A DNA stretch of 64,000 nucleotides from an uncultured Gammaproteobacteria bacterium (GTDB lineage: Bacteria; Patescibacteriota; Microgenomatia; UBA8517; JACQJR01), in assembly GCA_964442455.1 (NCBI GenBank), contig CAYTZB010000002.1, forward strand, positions 11,159-75,158. The letters run 5' to 3'. This document shows positions 20,813 through 28,898 of this stretch, one piece after another; within the stretch, counting starts at the first letter, position 1; each line of letters starts with the position of its first letter. Position numbers and translations under genes: made by a program. Below the pieces are notes generated by a model. The model saw only the letters and a program-made list of their open reading frames with translations. It was not told where the DNA came from and did not search any database.

Positions 20813-22325
20813 ATCTCGCGGGGCTGGCACCGTGGCCGGTATACATAACCTGTGAAGGTTGGCCTTTGCCACAGTTTGGAGTACCCCAGACAATCCATTC
20901 ATCTTTACCACAAATCGCATCGCACGAGCGCCAAAACTTTGGCGTCATTCCTTGATAGGTTGGATTCTTGAGAATCTTCCCTAACTTTCCATTCTTAATC
21001 TCCCACCCAATTTCTGTCCCAAACTGGAAATTAAGCCGCCTATCATCAATACTCCAGCTTTTGTTTGTTGACATAAAAACTCCCCGTTTGGTGTCGGCTA
21101 TCAAATCTTCCAACTTCCAGGCCGAAGGTCCTGAGCTTGCCGAAGGAGGCTCCAAATTTACATTTGTCATTCGAATTAAAGGAATATACTCCCACCCTGT
21201 TGCCCTCATTGTCCCGTTGCTTCTCCGCCTCGGCTCGCCGACGCGAGACGGGCCCTTTCTTGACTTTCTTAAAATCTTATCTAAATACACTGCTGTCTCA
21301 CGTGACGTCAGATAATCCATAAAGATTCCATTTTTTACTAAAAAGGTTCTTTGGGCAGGAACTCCTTCATCATCGTAACCAAACGTCCCAAGTCCTCCCG
21401 GGATCGTTGCGTCAGCCGTTAAATTGACAATACGCGAGCCATAGCGGAATTTTCCCAATTTCTCAGGAGTCAAGAAACTGGTTCCCGCATAGGATGCCTC
21501 GTAACCCAACACCCTATCAAGTTCTGCTGCATGCCCACAGCTCTCGTGAATTTGAAGAGCAAGTTGATTGCTATCCAAGATAATGTCGTATTCGCCGGTA
21601 GGACATAAGGGGGCGTCAAGAAGCTTTACCGCCTCCTCTCCTACTCGTGGTGCATTTCCCACCAAATCCAACTCCCACACGAGCTCATATCCACGCGTTG
21701 CAAATTGCCCTCCATGCGAATTTGGATAACTTCGGTTTTGAAAATCCCCTTCTCCTGTTGCTGAGGCCTCAAGCCCTGCGCCAGTCCAAACAATTTCCTG
21801 TTCAATAAGAGACCCGTTTGTTGACGCAAAGGTCTTGTGTTCACGATGGGCAGAAAATGAGGTTTGGGAAATTACAATTCTCGGGTCAACCCGCTGCGCG
21901 TTATCAGCTGCCAAAAGTAGTTCAAGTTTTTCCTCAAGAGGAACTTTAAAGGGGTCTTCTTTTATCGGAGTCCTGTAGGTCGCTTTAATGGGAGTCTGTC
22001 GTGCCAACTCAACATCCTCAAGCTTATGTCGGGCAGAACTTTCTGCAATCTCAACTGCTCGCTTGATCGTCCTTTCAATTCCTCGCTTTGTAAAGTCATT
22101 TGATCCAGCAAATCCCCATGCCCCATCTTTTAGAACTCTTATTCCATACCCAAGTGATGTAGAAGACTCAAGTGCTTCAACTACTCCATCTTTTGTAGCA
22201 ATATTTTGCGACTCTTTCTCAATAATCCGCACATCAGCGTAATCTACTTTAGGTATAAGTGAGACGATATTCTTCGCTTCTCGCTTCATGTGCTCAATTG
22301 TACCTAATTTATATTTGGAAAACAA
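20778..22325 (-). CDS. tldD: TldD-family zinc metalloprotease
   Basis: 515 aa with the HESCGHAAE (HExxxH) metal-binding motif. Its 3' end overlaps the preceding gene by 35 nt, convergently. Confidence 0.88.
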   Translation of the reverse strand: MFSKYKLGTIEHMKREAKNIVSLIPKVDYADVRIIEKESQNIATKDGVVEALESSTSLGYGIRVLKDGAWGFAGSNDFTKRGIERTIKRAVEIAESSARHKLEDVELARQTPIKATYRTPIKEDPFKVPLEEKLELLLAADNAQRVDPRIVISQTSFSAHREHKTFASTNGSLIEQEIVWTGAGLEASATGEGDFQNRSYPNSHGGQFATRGYELVWELDLVGNAPRVGEEAVKLLDAPLCPTGEYDIILDSNQLALQIHESCGHAAELDRVLGYEASYAGTSFLTPEKLGKFRYGSRIVNLTADATIPGGLGTFGYDDEGVPAQRTFLVKNGIFMDYLTSRETAVYLDKILRKSRKGPSRVGEPRRRSNGTMRATGWEYIPLIRMTNVNLEPPSASSGPSAWKLEDLIADTKRGVFMSTNKSWSIDDRRLNFQFGTEIGWEIKNGKLGKILKNPTYQGMTPKFWRSCDAICGKDEWIVWGTPNCGKGQPSQVMYTGHGASPARFRKVKVGVVKW

Positions 22326-22401
22326 ATTTAAAATGAGGTATAATTACATTGAGCCGAGGTGGCCAGTCTCGACTAGGCATCGAGCCTAGGAGGGGTATAA
22401 T
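22315..22401 (+). promoter_or_regulatory. candidate tRNA promoter region: TTGGAA, 18-nt spacer, TATAAT, plus a second GGTATAAT 10 nt upstream of the tRNA
   Basis: ttggaa at 22315-22320, tataat at 22339-22344, and tataat at 22396-22401. Confidence 0.35.
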
Positions 22402-22410
22402 TAGTCAGTT

Positions 22411-22496
22411 GCCCGGGTGGCGGAATGGTTTACGCGCACGACTCAAAATCGTGTGGTCTTACGACCATGTGGGTTCGACTCCCGCTCCGGGCACCA
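22411..22496 (+). tRNA. tRNA-Leu (anticodon CAA), long variable arm, encoded CCA
   Basis: 7-bp acceptor stem GCCCGGG/UCCGGGC, anticodon stem CACGA/TCGTG with loop CTCAAAA, variable arm TGGTCTTACGACCA, T-arm GGGTTCGACTCCC, discriminator A followed by CCA. Confidence 0.85.
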
Positions 22497-22502
22497 GGAG
22501 AA

Positions 22503-23222
22503 ATGCCCAAACCCAAACTGCCGCTCAAAACCTTTTCATGGTCTCCTAACTTAGCTTATATTATTGGTCTCTTAGTTACAGATGGAAATCTCTCAAACGA
22601 TGGCAGACATATAATTATGCGATCTTCAGACAGAGACCTTCTTGAAACTTTCAATTCTTGTCTCGATTTAAAGAATAAAATTTCGGAAACAAAAAATAAT
22701 GGTTTCGCAAAACGACCAAGTTACAGAGTTCAATTTGGTAATATCCAATTCTATAAATGGCTAGTTAAAATAGGACTGGCACATAAGAAAACATATAATG
22801 TTGGGGAAATAAAAATTCCCGATAAATACTTTAGAGACTTTTTGAGAGGGCATCTAGATGGAGATGGTACAATTCTAACCTATGATGATAGGTATAATAA
22901 ATACCGAGGGAGAACATATGTAAATCTTAGGGTTTTCCTTTATTTTATTTCTGCAAGCCGTACTCACATTGACTGGCTTATAAGGAAAATCCGAGATCTT
23001 ACTAAAGTAAAAGGATCACTCACATGTAGTAAACCTGTAAAATCTAACCGAGTGCCTATGTGGAGGATAAAATTTTCAAAAAAAGAGGCTGTAAAAATAT
23101 TGCGATGGATGTATTATCAAGAAAATCTTCCTTGCTTGGAAAGAAAAAGAGAGCTCGTGAGGAAGATTTTTAACCTTGTAGTAAATGAAAAGAGGAGAAA
23201 GTATTCCAGAATTACAAGTTAA
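22503..23222 (+). CDS. LAGLIDADG-family homing endonuclease (two motifs)
   Basis: LAYIIGLLVTDGNL and FLRGHLDGDGTI motifs. The ATG at 22503 follows an AGGAG site, 7 nt after the tRNA 3' end. Confidence 0.8.
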   Translation: MPKPKLPLKTFSWSPNLAYIIGLLVTDGNLSNDGRHIIMRSSDRDLLETFNSCLDLKNKISETKNNGFAKRPSYRVQFGNIQFYKWLVKIGLAHKKTYNVGEIKIPDKYFRDFLRGHLDGDGTILTYDDRYNKYRGRTYVNLRVFLYFISASRTHIDWLIRKIRDLTKVKGSLTCSKPVKSNRVPMWRIKFSKKEAVKILRWMYYQENLPCLERKRELVRKIFNLVVNEKRRKYSRITS

Positions 23223-23251
23223 ACGAATTGGCCTCCCTCCCTCGGCACAAA

Positions 23252-23512
23252 TTATTCAATTCCGATAATTTGAAATCCGTATCTTTCTATATTTTTCCTG
23301 GGCCAGAATTTTAAATCATTAGTGCGAAGAACAACTGTGACTTTCTTCTTTAACTTTCTTCCCGTATATTTATTTGTTTTCGGATTCCACTCTTCTAAAA
23401 TCAAAATATCTCCTGTTTTACATTTAAAATCAGCAAGCCGCACATCGAATTTTTTCCTCCCTCTCACTACTTCTTTAAAGAACTCTGGCCAAATTTTCTT
23501 CTTAATAATCAT
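23252..23512 (-). CDS. DUF3850/ASCH-like small protein
   Basis: 86 aa. IWPEFFKEVVRGRKKFDVR...GDILILEEWNP...YTGRKL fits the DUF3850 (PUA/ASCH-fold) pattern. Confidence 0.5.
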   Translation of the reverse strand: MIIKKKIWPEFFKEVVRGRKKFDVRLADFKCKTGDILILEEWNPKTNKYTGRKLKKKVTVVLRTNDLKFWPRKNIERYGFQIIGIE

Positions 23513-24012
23513 GCCTTCTTTACATACTCCCTAATCGCCTCTTTCAAACAATTGAAAGCGATTTTCTCAAATGGAATTTTATTGGGCGGGAAAAAAGCAA
23601 TTTGAGAAAACTCTTCATGAGAAGACGCTATTTGAACATTTCTAAGCTTCCCATAGAAAACAAAACACAAACTAGGAAAATTCATTCCTTGGTAAAAATA
23701 TTTATCCGGATAAGAACCGAGATATTTAAATTCGGCAATATTTATTCCTAGCTCTTCTTTTATTTCCCTCTCAACCGACTCTTCAATATTCTCACCCACG
23801 TCTACAAATCCACCGGGTAAATCCCAATAACCTTTCTTTGGTTGTTTTTTTCTTTTCAAAAATAATATCTCCCCTTTTTCGTTCTCCAGAATCAGTGCAT
23901 TAGCCGGCTTGGGATTGATATAAAAATGGAAATCGCATCTTTTACAAATAAGAAGATTGGGGCCAGAACGCTCCAACTTTCCCCCACAGTTATAACAATA
24001 TCTATATGCCAT
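23509..24012 (-). CDS. NUDIX hydrolase with N-terminal zinc ribbon (NudC-like)
   Basis: CYNCGG...CKRCDF zinc ribbon followed by the Nudix box GGFVDVGENIEESVEREIKEELG. Confidence 0.8.
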   Translation of the reverse strand: MAYRYCYNCGGKLERSGPNLLICKRCDFHFYINPKPANALILENEKGEILFLKRKKQPKKGYWDLPGGFVDVGENIEESVEREIKEELGINIAEFKYLGSYPDKYFYQGMNFPSLCFVFYGKLRNVQIASSHEEFSQIAFFPPNKIPFEKIAFNCLKEAIREYVKKA

Positions 24013-24021
24013 ACTCGAATT

Positions 24022-25353
24022 TTACTCCTTTGCCCTTTTTGTTTCTCGTGGGTAAAAACGAATACGGTCGCCGCGGAAGAAGAGTTTCACTTGTCCCAAG
24101 GGACCGTTTCTGTGCTTGGCAATATCAAGATTAATATTTTCTACATCATCCTCGTCTTCACGCCAGATAAACATCACCACGTCAGCATCCTGCTCAATCG
24201 CTCCTGACTCCCGAAGATCAGCAAGTTGCGGCCGTCGCGTTCCCCGCTGTTCAACTGCCCGAGAAAGTTGAGAAATGGCAAGGATTGGAATTTTGAGCTC
24301 CCGTGCTAAATTCTTCAAGCCTTGCGAAATCTCCGACACCTCTTGCACCCTGTTCTCAAGTTTTCTACCTGCAACTAACTGTAAATAATCAACAATTAAA
24401 AGTTCTATTCCCTGTTCAACCTGCAGCCGCCGCCCCTTCGTTCTCATCTCAAGCACCGTGAGTGCGGGCGTGTCGTCAATAAAGAGCGGCGCCTCAGCAA
24501 GCATTCCCATCGCATCGGAGAGTCGCGTAAAATCCTCATCGGTGAGCCGTCCGGTCTTCAGTCGCCATGCATCAATATCCGCTTGCGAGACAAGGAGGCG
24601 GTCTACTAATTCCTCTTTGCTCATCTCAAGCGAGAAAATTCCCACCGATTTTTTTTCATTCACTGCAACATGCTGGGCAATATTGAGGGCGAGTGCGGTT
24701 TTCCCAATACCAGGACGTGCCGCGAGGATAACTAAGTTGCTGCGTTGAAATCCTGCCAAGGTATTGTCAAGGTCGGAAAAACCCGATGGTACTCCGCGAA
24801 GTCCCCCGGGCGACTTGTGTAGCTCATCCAGCCGATCGAAACTCTCGGCAAGTGCCTCACGAACGGGCATGAAACTTCGTGCTAAATGACGCTGGGTTAG
24901 CGAGAAAACCTCTTGCTCTGCGCGGTCTAAGAGTTCCTCAGCCGAGGTTCCCTCGTCAAATGCAAGCTCAACCAACTTTGTTGCCGCACTCATTAATGTC
25001 CGTTTTGTTGCCACATCTTTGACAATTTTCCCATAATGTTCAACATGCGCAGCAGTTGGCACTTGATTTACCAACTCACCCAAGTAACCCACTCCCCCAA
25101 CTTGGCGCAATGCCCGATTTTTCTTGAGTTTTTCAGCAACTGTTAAAACGTCAATAGGAACTCGTTCTTCATAGAGGTCAAGGATTGCGGTAAAAATCTT
25201 TGCATGGCGCTCATCGTAGAAGTGATGAGGTGCAAGAAATTCAGCAACCGAGATGACCGCATCTTTATCAAGAAGCAACGCCCCCAGCACCGAGATTTCC
25301 GCTTCTCGGGAGTGAGGTGGGATTTTAACTGTTTGGGAACCTCCGTTGGCCAT
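24022..25353 (-). CDS. dnaB: replicative DNA helicase DnaB
   Basis: 443 aa with Walker A (ARPGIGKT), DnaB N-domain and RecA-like core. No intein. Confidence 0.93.
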   Translation of the reverse strand: MANGGSQTVKIPPHSREAEISVLGALLLDKDAVISVAEFLAPHHFYDERHAKIFTAILDLYEERVPIDVLTVAEKLKKNRALRQVGGVGYLGELVNQVPTAAHVEHYGKIVKDVATKRTLMSAATKLVELAFDEGTSAEELLDRAEQEVFSLTQRHLARSFMPVREALAESFDRLDELHKSPGGLRGVPSGFSDLDNTLAGFQRSNLVILAARPGIGKTALALNIAQHVAVNEKKSVGIFSLEMSKEELVDRLLVSQADIDAWRLKTGRLTDEDFTRLSDAMGMLAEAPLFIDDTPALTVLEMRTKGRRLQVEQGIELLIVDYLQLVAGRKLENRVQEVSEISQGLKNLARELKIPILAISQLSRAVEQRGTRRPQLADLRESGAIEQDADVVMFIWREDEDDVENINLDIAKHRNGPLGQVKLFFRGDRIRFYPRETKRAKE

Positions 25354-25359
25354 ATACTA

Positions 25360-25392
25360 AAATTGACCTAATTAACCTAATTTCTAATTTTG
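25360..25392. repeat. AT-rich intergenic motif (TTGACCTAATTAACCTAATTTCTAATTTT) upstream of the dnaB start
   Basis: Shares CTAATTAACCTAA with the 29824 and 32645 copies, and the AATTAGAAATT core in reverse complement. Confidence 0.5.
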
Positions 25393-25455
25393 AGCAAAAG
25401 CGAAAAACAAGCTCTGCTTATTGACCTAAATTGGGGTATTTGGAAATTGGGATTT

Positions 25456-25482
25456 GATTAGAAATTAGTAATTAGAAATTTT
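25456..25482. repeat. AT-rich motif GATTAGAAATTAGTAATTAGAAATTTT
   Basis: Same family as 29866-29898 and the reverse complement of 32619-32647. Confidence 0.5.
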
Positions 25483-26158
25483 AAGATTTTCTCTCCAAAA
25501 TCACAAGTTCCATCTCCTCGGGAATAGTATCTGGTTTTGCTTGATAGGAGGGCATGTGTTTTGGTGTTATTCCCAGCACTTTTACAAACTCCTCAACATT
25601 TTGCAATTTCTCAAATACTTCGGGTAGCAATCCCGGTATTTGATAATGCATAGGAATTACTACTTTTGGTTCAATTTGGGCTACCACTTGCGCGGCTGTT
25701 TCCGGCCCTATCGTATAAAACCCCCCTACCGGCACTAAGAGTATATGCACGTCTCCAATCTCAGATACTTGCTCTTCAGACAGTTTATGACCTAAATCCC
25801 CCAGGTGCGCCAGACGAATGTTGTCAAGTTCTATGACAAATATAATGTTATTCCCCCGCTCCCGACCATCAGACACGTCATGCCACGTCTTTACCCCCCG
25901 TATATTTACACCTCGCACTTCATATTCTCCGGGAGCTCGGATGACTTTGGGAGGAGCAGCTATTCCCGCTACCCCCTCGACATTGTTATGATCCTTATGT
26001 TCATGCGATACCGTCGCTATATCAGCAGTTACCCGGGGCATCGACAATCCTACCATCTCTTTTGCAAATGGGTCCGTTACCACAGTCACACTCTTCCCTC
26101 TTATCCGAAATGATGCATGACCCAGCCAAGTAATATCCATATATAAAGTATCTACCAA
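25481..26158 (-). CDS. MBL-fold metal-dependent hydrolase
   Basis: HEHKDHNN motif and a beta-lactamase-like fold. Confidence 0.8.
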   Translation of the reverse strand: MVDTLYMDITWLGHASFRIRGKSVTVVTDPFAKEMVGLSMPRVTADIATVSHEHKDHNNVEGVAGIAAPPKVIRAPGEYEVRGVNIRGVKTWHDVSDGRERGNNIIFVIELDNIRLAHLGDLGHKLSEEQVSEIGDVHILLVPVGGFYTIGPETAAQVVAQIEPKVVIPMHYQIPGLLPEVFEKLQNVEEFVKVLGITPKHMPSYQAKPDTIPEEMELVILERKS

Positions 26159-26238
26159 CTACAGCAAAAGTAGACTACCACAAGAGGTGTTTGCTTGACA
26201 AGGGGGGGAAGTAACAGCTATCATCCTAACTAGCCCTA

Positions 26239-26679
26239 TTGGTATGTAGGGCCTTTACCATGCGTAAAGAGGTACTTATTGCGATACTACTGGGAGCTAC
26301 ATTGGGACTTGCAATCGCATTCGGGGTATATAGAGCAAACCTCGCACTCCGATCTACCCCCACTACTACTCAAGCAACACCTGCACCAACATCCGCTCCT
26401 TCTTCTAGTACACTTACTATCACTCAGCCAGAGGACGAGGCGCTCGTTGATACCGACAGCATCACTGTTGAAGGTAAAACAGCACCTAACGCAACAGTGG
26501 TAATTACTAGTCCCGTTGACGAGGTCACTGCGCTCGCCGATAACAGCGGCACATTTCGTGCAGAGGTAAAATTGGAACCAGGGGCAAATGCACTTTTGGT
26601 AACTTCATTTGGGGAAGACAATAACTCTGTTGAAAAAGAGCTCACCATAACGTATTCAACGGAGTTTAAGAAAGAATAA
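26239..26679 (+). CDS. hypothetical secreted protein (Ig-like/β-rich?)
   Basis: N-terminal TM/signal segment followed by a Thr/Pro-rich linker. Confidence 0.45.
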   Translation: MVCRAFTMRKEVLIAILLGATLGLAIAFGVYRANLALRSTPTTTQATPAPTSAPSSSTLTITQPEDEALVDTDSITVEGKTAPNATVVITSPVDEVTALADNSGTFRAEVKLEPGANALLVTSFGEDNNSVEKELTITYSTEFKKE

Positions 26680-26681
26680 TT

Positions 26682-27416
26682 ATGAAAGTATCAAGCCTAA
26701 TAATTGGATTATTGGTTTATTGGATTATTGGTTTATTCTCCTTGGCCCACGGCCAAGAACAGGATGCAACCCAACCCGGCAAAAGCATCCGGGATAATTT
26801 GCGAGAGCGGGTAGAGGAACGGCTCGCGCAGCTTTCCCAAAAACCTCGCGCATTTGTGGGTAAAATTACCCAAATCACAGACGGCTCTTTAATGCTTACG
26901 ACAAGAACGGGAACGAAACAAGTAAAAGTTAAAGAAGATGCAATAATACTCCAAGTAGGAAACAGGGGACAGAAAACCGTTAAACCGAGTGATTTAGCAC
27001 TCGAAAATTTTGTGATTGCGATGGGAATACTTGAGGATAAAGATACCTTGAACGCCAGTCGGATTTTGATGAGCACCGAGAATCCTCTTCTCCCCCGTCG
27101 TCCTGTTTATGGGGTGGTCCAGGAAACAGGAAGCGGAACGCTGGTGGTAAAGCACCCAAAAAAGGAGGATGAAGCGTGGACAATAAAGTTCTCTTCCTCA
27201 ACGCGTGTGAGCGCAAAAGTTGATACTAAGATAGAGAAAGTAAATGCGAACACAATTGAAGTTGGTGACCGAATTATTGCGGTCGGAAGCCTGGTAAGCG
27301 GGTCTGTCAATACTATTACCGCCAAGCTCATTCATGTTATTCCCGGTAAGGCAACAGGACTTCTTTCACCTGAACCATCGCCATCACCTACCCAAAAACC
27401 AAGCCCAACACCATAA
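26682..27416 (+). CDS. hypothetical secreted protein
   Basis: Signal peptide, co-oriented with the preceding ORF, Pro/Ser-rich C-terminus. Confidence 0.45.
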   Translation: MKVSSLIIGLLVYWIIGLFSLAHGQEQDATQPGKSIRDNLRERVEERLAQLSQKPRAFVGKITQITDGSLMLTTRTGTKQVKVKEDAIILQVGNRGQKTVKPSDLALENFVIAMGILEDKDTLNASRILMSTENPLLPRRPVYGVVQETGSGTLVVKHPKKEDEAWTIKFSSSTRVSAKVDTKIEKVNANTIEVGDRIIAVGSLVSGSVNTITAKLIHVIPGKATGLLSPEPSPSPTQKPSPTP

Positions 27417-27427
27417 AATCGAAAAAA

Positions 27428-27904
27428 ATGGCTAATGTACCCCCAAAAGCTACTACCAGGGTAGCACTGAACAATAGTCTAATCGCTATTACCATCGGCG
27501 TATTTTTTCTAACAATCAATTTAAAACAAGAACTTCTACTACCAAGAGTTTTGATTTTGCAGTTTATTTTGGCAATACCACTGCTTTTTACTTCATCGCT
27601 AGCATACTCAAAGGTTGGTTATAGGGACAAAATAGAAAGGTGGAATAAACTGGCATGGATAACATTTATACTAGGCTATGCGTTTATACTGAATGTGATA
27701 GGTATTTTCGTGGGGAATATTATCGGTACCTTAGAGTCTATTGTATTTTTTATAATTACCTGGGTTCTGGTAATAATATACTCTTTAGTTGATCTAAGCT
27801 ACAAACAAACTGTATTACGAGAAAGATTGGCTAAGGACAGTATTTTTATTCTAATACAACTTATTCTGGGAATGCTTCCGACTTTAGGAGTAATCTCTTT
27901 CTAA
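27428..27904 (+). CDS. hypothetical membrane protein
   Basis: Four hydrophobic helices. Confidence 0.45.
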   Translation: MANVPPKATTRVALNNSLIAITIGVFFLTINLKQELLLPRVLILQFILAIPLLFTSSLAYSKVGYRDKIERWNKLAWITFILGYAFILNVIGIFVGNIIGTLESIVFFIITWVLVIIYSLVDLSYKQTVLRERLAKDSIFILIQLILGMLPTLGVISF

Positions 27905-27936
27905 ATCCTTAAAAACAAGCTATCATAAAGTTAACT

Positions 27937-28857
27937 ATGCAAAAAGCACCGCCGACACCGAAGGGATTTCGCGATATTCAACCAGAACTTGCGAAAAAAC
28001 GTCGAGGCGTCATTGGAAAAATTGTTGAAGTTTTAGAGGAGTTTGAATTCGTCCCCATAGAAACACCAACTATTGAATTTGCAGAGACCTTAAAGGGAAA
28101 GTATGGTGAGGAAGAGCGGCTTATCTATCAATTCAAAGACCGTGGTGGAAGAGAGTTGGCCTTGCGGTATGACCTGACTGTCCCACTTGCTCGTTATGTA
28201 GCAACGTATCATCCTCCACTTCCATTTCGCCGATACCAAATAGGGCAAGTATTCCGAGGAGAAAATCCTCAAAAAGGCAGATTTAGAGAATTTACTCAGC
28301 TTGACTTTGATACTGTGGGATCGGAAAGAATGGTAGAGGATACAAAGATTATCGCAGCAGCCCTGAAAATTGCCCGACATCTTGGTCTTAAAAATGCCAA
28401 GATGTTCATCAATCACAGAGTTAATTTCGAAGGTATACCAATAGATTTTGTAAGAGCAATTGACAAGATTTACAAGATAGGAATGGATGGAGTCAAAAAA
28501 GAACTCTTAGCTAAAAAATACGAAGAAAAAGACATTAATAACTATATTGAAAAGGTTACAGAGAAGCTAAGAGAAAATATCAACACTCCCAGCTTTGATC
28601 TTTTCAAGATTAATACCCAGCTACAAGATGAATATAAACTTACACTTGGACAAGATTATGACTTTGATGCAAATTTGGCGAGAGGTTTAGATTATTACAC
28701 GGGAACAATCTTTGAATTAAAACCAAACAGCAACCCTGAAAGTCTCACTATCGGCGCGGGTGGCAGATATGATAATTTAATCGGAATGTTTTCTAAAAAA
28801 CAGGTTCCCGCTGTTGGATTTTCATTCGGAGTTGACCGCCTCATCGAAGTGATATAG
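27937..28857 (+). CDS. histidyl-tRNA synthetase-like catalytic core without anticodon-binding domain (HisZ/HisRS paralog)
   Basis: Class II motifs: ...LALRYDLTVPLARY, RRYQIGQVFRGENPQKGRFREFTQLDFDTVG, GAGGRYDNL. Only 306 aa, against about 420 aa for HisRS. Confidence 0.75.
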   Translation: MQKAPPTPKGFRDIQPELAKKRRGVIGKIVEVLEEFEFVPIETPTIEFAETLKGKYGEEERLIYQFKDRGGRELALRYDLTVPLARYVATYHPPLPFRRYQIGQVFRGENPQKGRFREFTQLDFDTVGSERMVEDTKIIAAALKIARHLGLKNAKMFINHRVNFEGIPIDFVRAIDKIYKIGMDGVKKELLAKKYEEKDINNYIEKVTEKLRENINTPSFDLFKINTQLQDEYKLTLGQDYDFDANLARGLDYYTGTIFELKPNSNPESLTIGAGGRYDNLIGMFSKKQVPAVGFSFGVDRLIEVI

Positions 28858-28898
28858 TTATTACTCATATATTCATATATGAATAGAAACATGCCCTC

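Noticed and set aside
22411-22496. Intron within tRNA-Leu hosting the LAGLIDADG endonuclease
   Set aside because: Acceptor, D, anticodon (CAA), variable and T arms are contiguous and intact. The endonuclease ORF lies entirely 3' of the CCA end.
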